From Botryllus schlosseri (taxonomy: Eukaryota), in the NCBI GenBank assembly GCA_051294905.1, contig CM119376.1, forward strand, positions 18,166,001 through 18,230,000: a stretch of DNA of 64,000 bases, written 5' to 3'. A program made the position numbers and the translations under genes. Numbering within the stretch: position 1 is the first letter of the stretch; each line of letters starts with the position of its first letter. The notes below the pieces were generated by a model, which saw only the letters and a list, made by a program, of their open reading frames with translations, had not been told where the DNA came from and ran no database searches. Positions 61,871 through 64,000 of the stretch are shown here, one piece after another.

Positions 61871-64000
61871 AGTTACGGGCGCACGCAAAACGAGAGAGAC
61901 TGATGTTGGAAGAGCGAGAGTGCGGAAGTCGTCTGGATGATTACGAAAATAAAGATACTGGACATTACCAAATCATTATCGTGGAGCACGTGACCTTAAT
62001 AGGCGATAATCACAACTTTTATGTATGAAATAAACAAACCATCAATACGCGGAATGTTAGACTTCGCGATGGGATATTGGGCAATTTCTCAACTAATCAA
62101 CAATATGCAATTTTACAACTTTGCGGGTTCAGATCAGGCTGCAAGCCTGCAACATCATCGTCCGGGTTCAGGCAGAATTACAGCTCAATGTACAATGTCA
62201 GATTCCGCCTTCTAAATTATATGGATAATGATTCATGGTCGGTGATGGCTCTTCATCACTTTCCATTGCGAGGATCGACTGTGAGTGGCGCACTGTGATG
62301 CGATTTTCACCAGAACCACGAACCTATACAACCATGTTATGGCGCCTTGACTTGATAAATACGATATCGCTCAATTATTCTGATTCATCTTCTAGAAGGG
62401 ATACCCTGCTTCATTCATTTATTTAACCGTTATTCTTCTAAGGAAAACCTGCACGCTTTGATTAAGATCGATTAGCATATAGCTCGCTTTAAGCGTCGTG
62501 TTGATGAGCTTACCTGAGTAAGTAAACACTAACATGACGACACGACACTTGATTAGCATTTCGCACCAAGACCACGTGCGTGGTTACTTGAATCGTCGAC
62601 GGCAGAGCTCACAGGCTCATTGAAATACAATGCTAAAGTTACTTGACATTGTCACGAATGTTGGACTCAGACAGTAGGCATATTGGTTCAGTTTTATTTC
62701 GAATACATTTTACGATCTATACTAGTTTGATGATTCGCCTATCGGTTTCTGAGCATCCGCGAGGTGAATAATTCCGGCTTATAGTCGATCAAATAATGGG
62801 CGACTGATCTGCCGGCATTAGGTTATTATTGAAAATAACTCACACTAAAATACGCCATGAGGTGATTGTTACGTCTTCGAAGTGATTAAAGTACACCATT
62901 TATAACGAAAATAGGTTTTAGGGCTATCGCCTGATGCTCACTGGTTTCTACAATATGTTAAATCTTGCCTATAGTGCCTATTACTTGCGAACTCATGCTC
63001 GATGCTCATTGCTCATGTATAGCCGTCAATATTCAATATTATGAGCTGTCGTGGCTTGTTGACGCCCGCCGAAACCTACCCCAAACGTACAATATCCGTT
63101 TTGTTTTCCACAGACTGTTGCCATATTCTGGTTTTTGTTTGTAGTGGAATTGTAGGATTATACTCAGTGTCGTCCGGTCACGATCCCCGACTTTTGTCGT
63201 CAAGGCAACGAATTAGCAACTGCGTCATTTTTACCGGCACTGCTGTTGAGTTTTACGTTGCGATTGCGTAACGGTAACCAATAAAAACCCTAGCTGGTGA
63301 CGCGAGAGAAAGCTTCGATCACATTTTCCAGTTGTAAGGCATTTGATTCGTTTGTTTACGCTTCCCAATAGTTCTTGATTAACCCGATATAATCTATTTC
63401 CGCGTAAAATTCTAGCTTTTCAGCAGATGTTCGATCAATCGTACGTGAGTTATTAGATCGAAATAGACGAAATAAGTATTAGCGGCGAAGGTTCATAAGG
63501 CGCGGAGGAGAGAGACATTATTCCGTGGCCTGGTGCTGTATACCTCCATTTCGATTACGTATCGTGTATGGTAAAACATGAAATATCCCTCGTAGAGTCA
63601 GAGATGATGTTACTAACGTTTAGCGATATCAATGACCAAGAATGTACTTGTCCGCGCCGCTATCGTCTTCAGAACTTCTCCAAAACCACGTCTAATGAGA
63701 TCAATTTATGATAATTGTTTCTGGTTTTGCGGCCCGCAAATTACGGGTTACGTGAAAGGAAGCTTATGTCGGCTGATGACGAAGAAAGACGTTCGTTTCA
63801 GCTAAATTCGGGCGCGCTGGATGTGCGGTTGTCGGTCGAGATATTTTTACGCGTTTGTTCATCGCTTCCTGTTAAAGTGAGTCATACGTATCGCGTGGAA
63901 CGAAAATTTTGTGCTGATGGAACTTATCGCTTCAAGAGAAAGTTTCCAGGAATAATTGCGTCTTAATCTCGTTTTGCCTACGATCACTAAATACTCGCGA

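Noticed and set aside
53600-64000. A second protein-coding gene upstream of the TSR gene
   Set aside because: I could not assemble a phase-consistent exon chain or recognise any domain on either strand; a gene made of small exons could have been missed.

Overview
Eukaryotic (animal) genomic DNA; the 55-65-nt minimal introns and the tRNA-SINE/hAT-MITE content suggest a tunicate or similar invertebrate, but this is inference. About 53.5 kb of the window is one minus-strand gene, which I assembled by hand from GT-AG junctions into 83 exons with a continuous reading frame. It starts at ATG 53510 and runs off the left edge (>13.8 kb CDS, >4,600 aa, C-terminus missing). Architecture: signal peptide - trefoil - Pro/Gly/Thr linker - C-type lectin - EGF - trefoil - Thr-rich linker - 27 thrombospondin type-1 repeats (TSR) - vWA with complete MIDAS - at least 50 more TSRs (>=77 TSRs in total). 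After the vWA domain almost every TSR sits in its own phase-0 exon, usually 156 nt, mostly in pairs joined by ~60-nt introns. Introns and the upstream 10 kb hold one 5'-truncated LINE RT copy, many non-autonomous DNA transposons (8-bp TSD hAT-type, a TAA-TSD Harbinger-type, hairpin MITEs, several nested) and SINE-like retroposons. No rRNA, true tRNA gene, CRISPR array or intact transposase was found.
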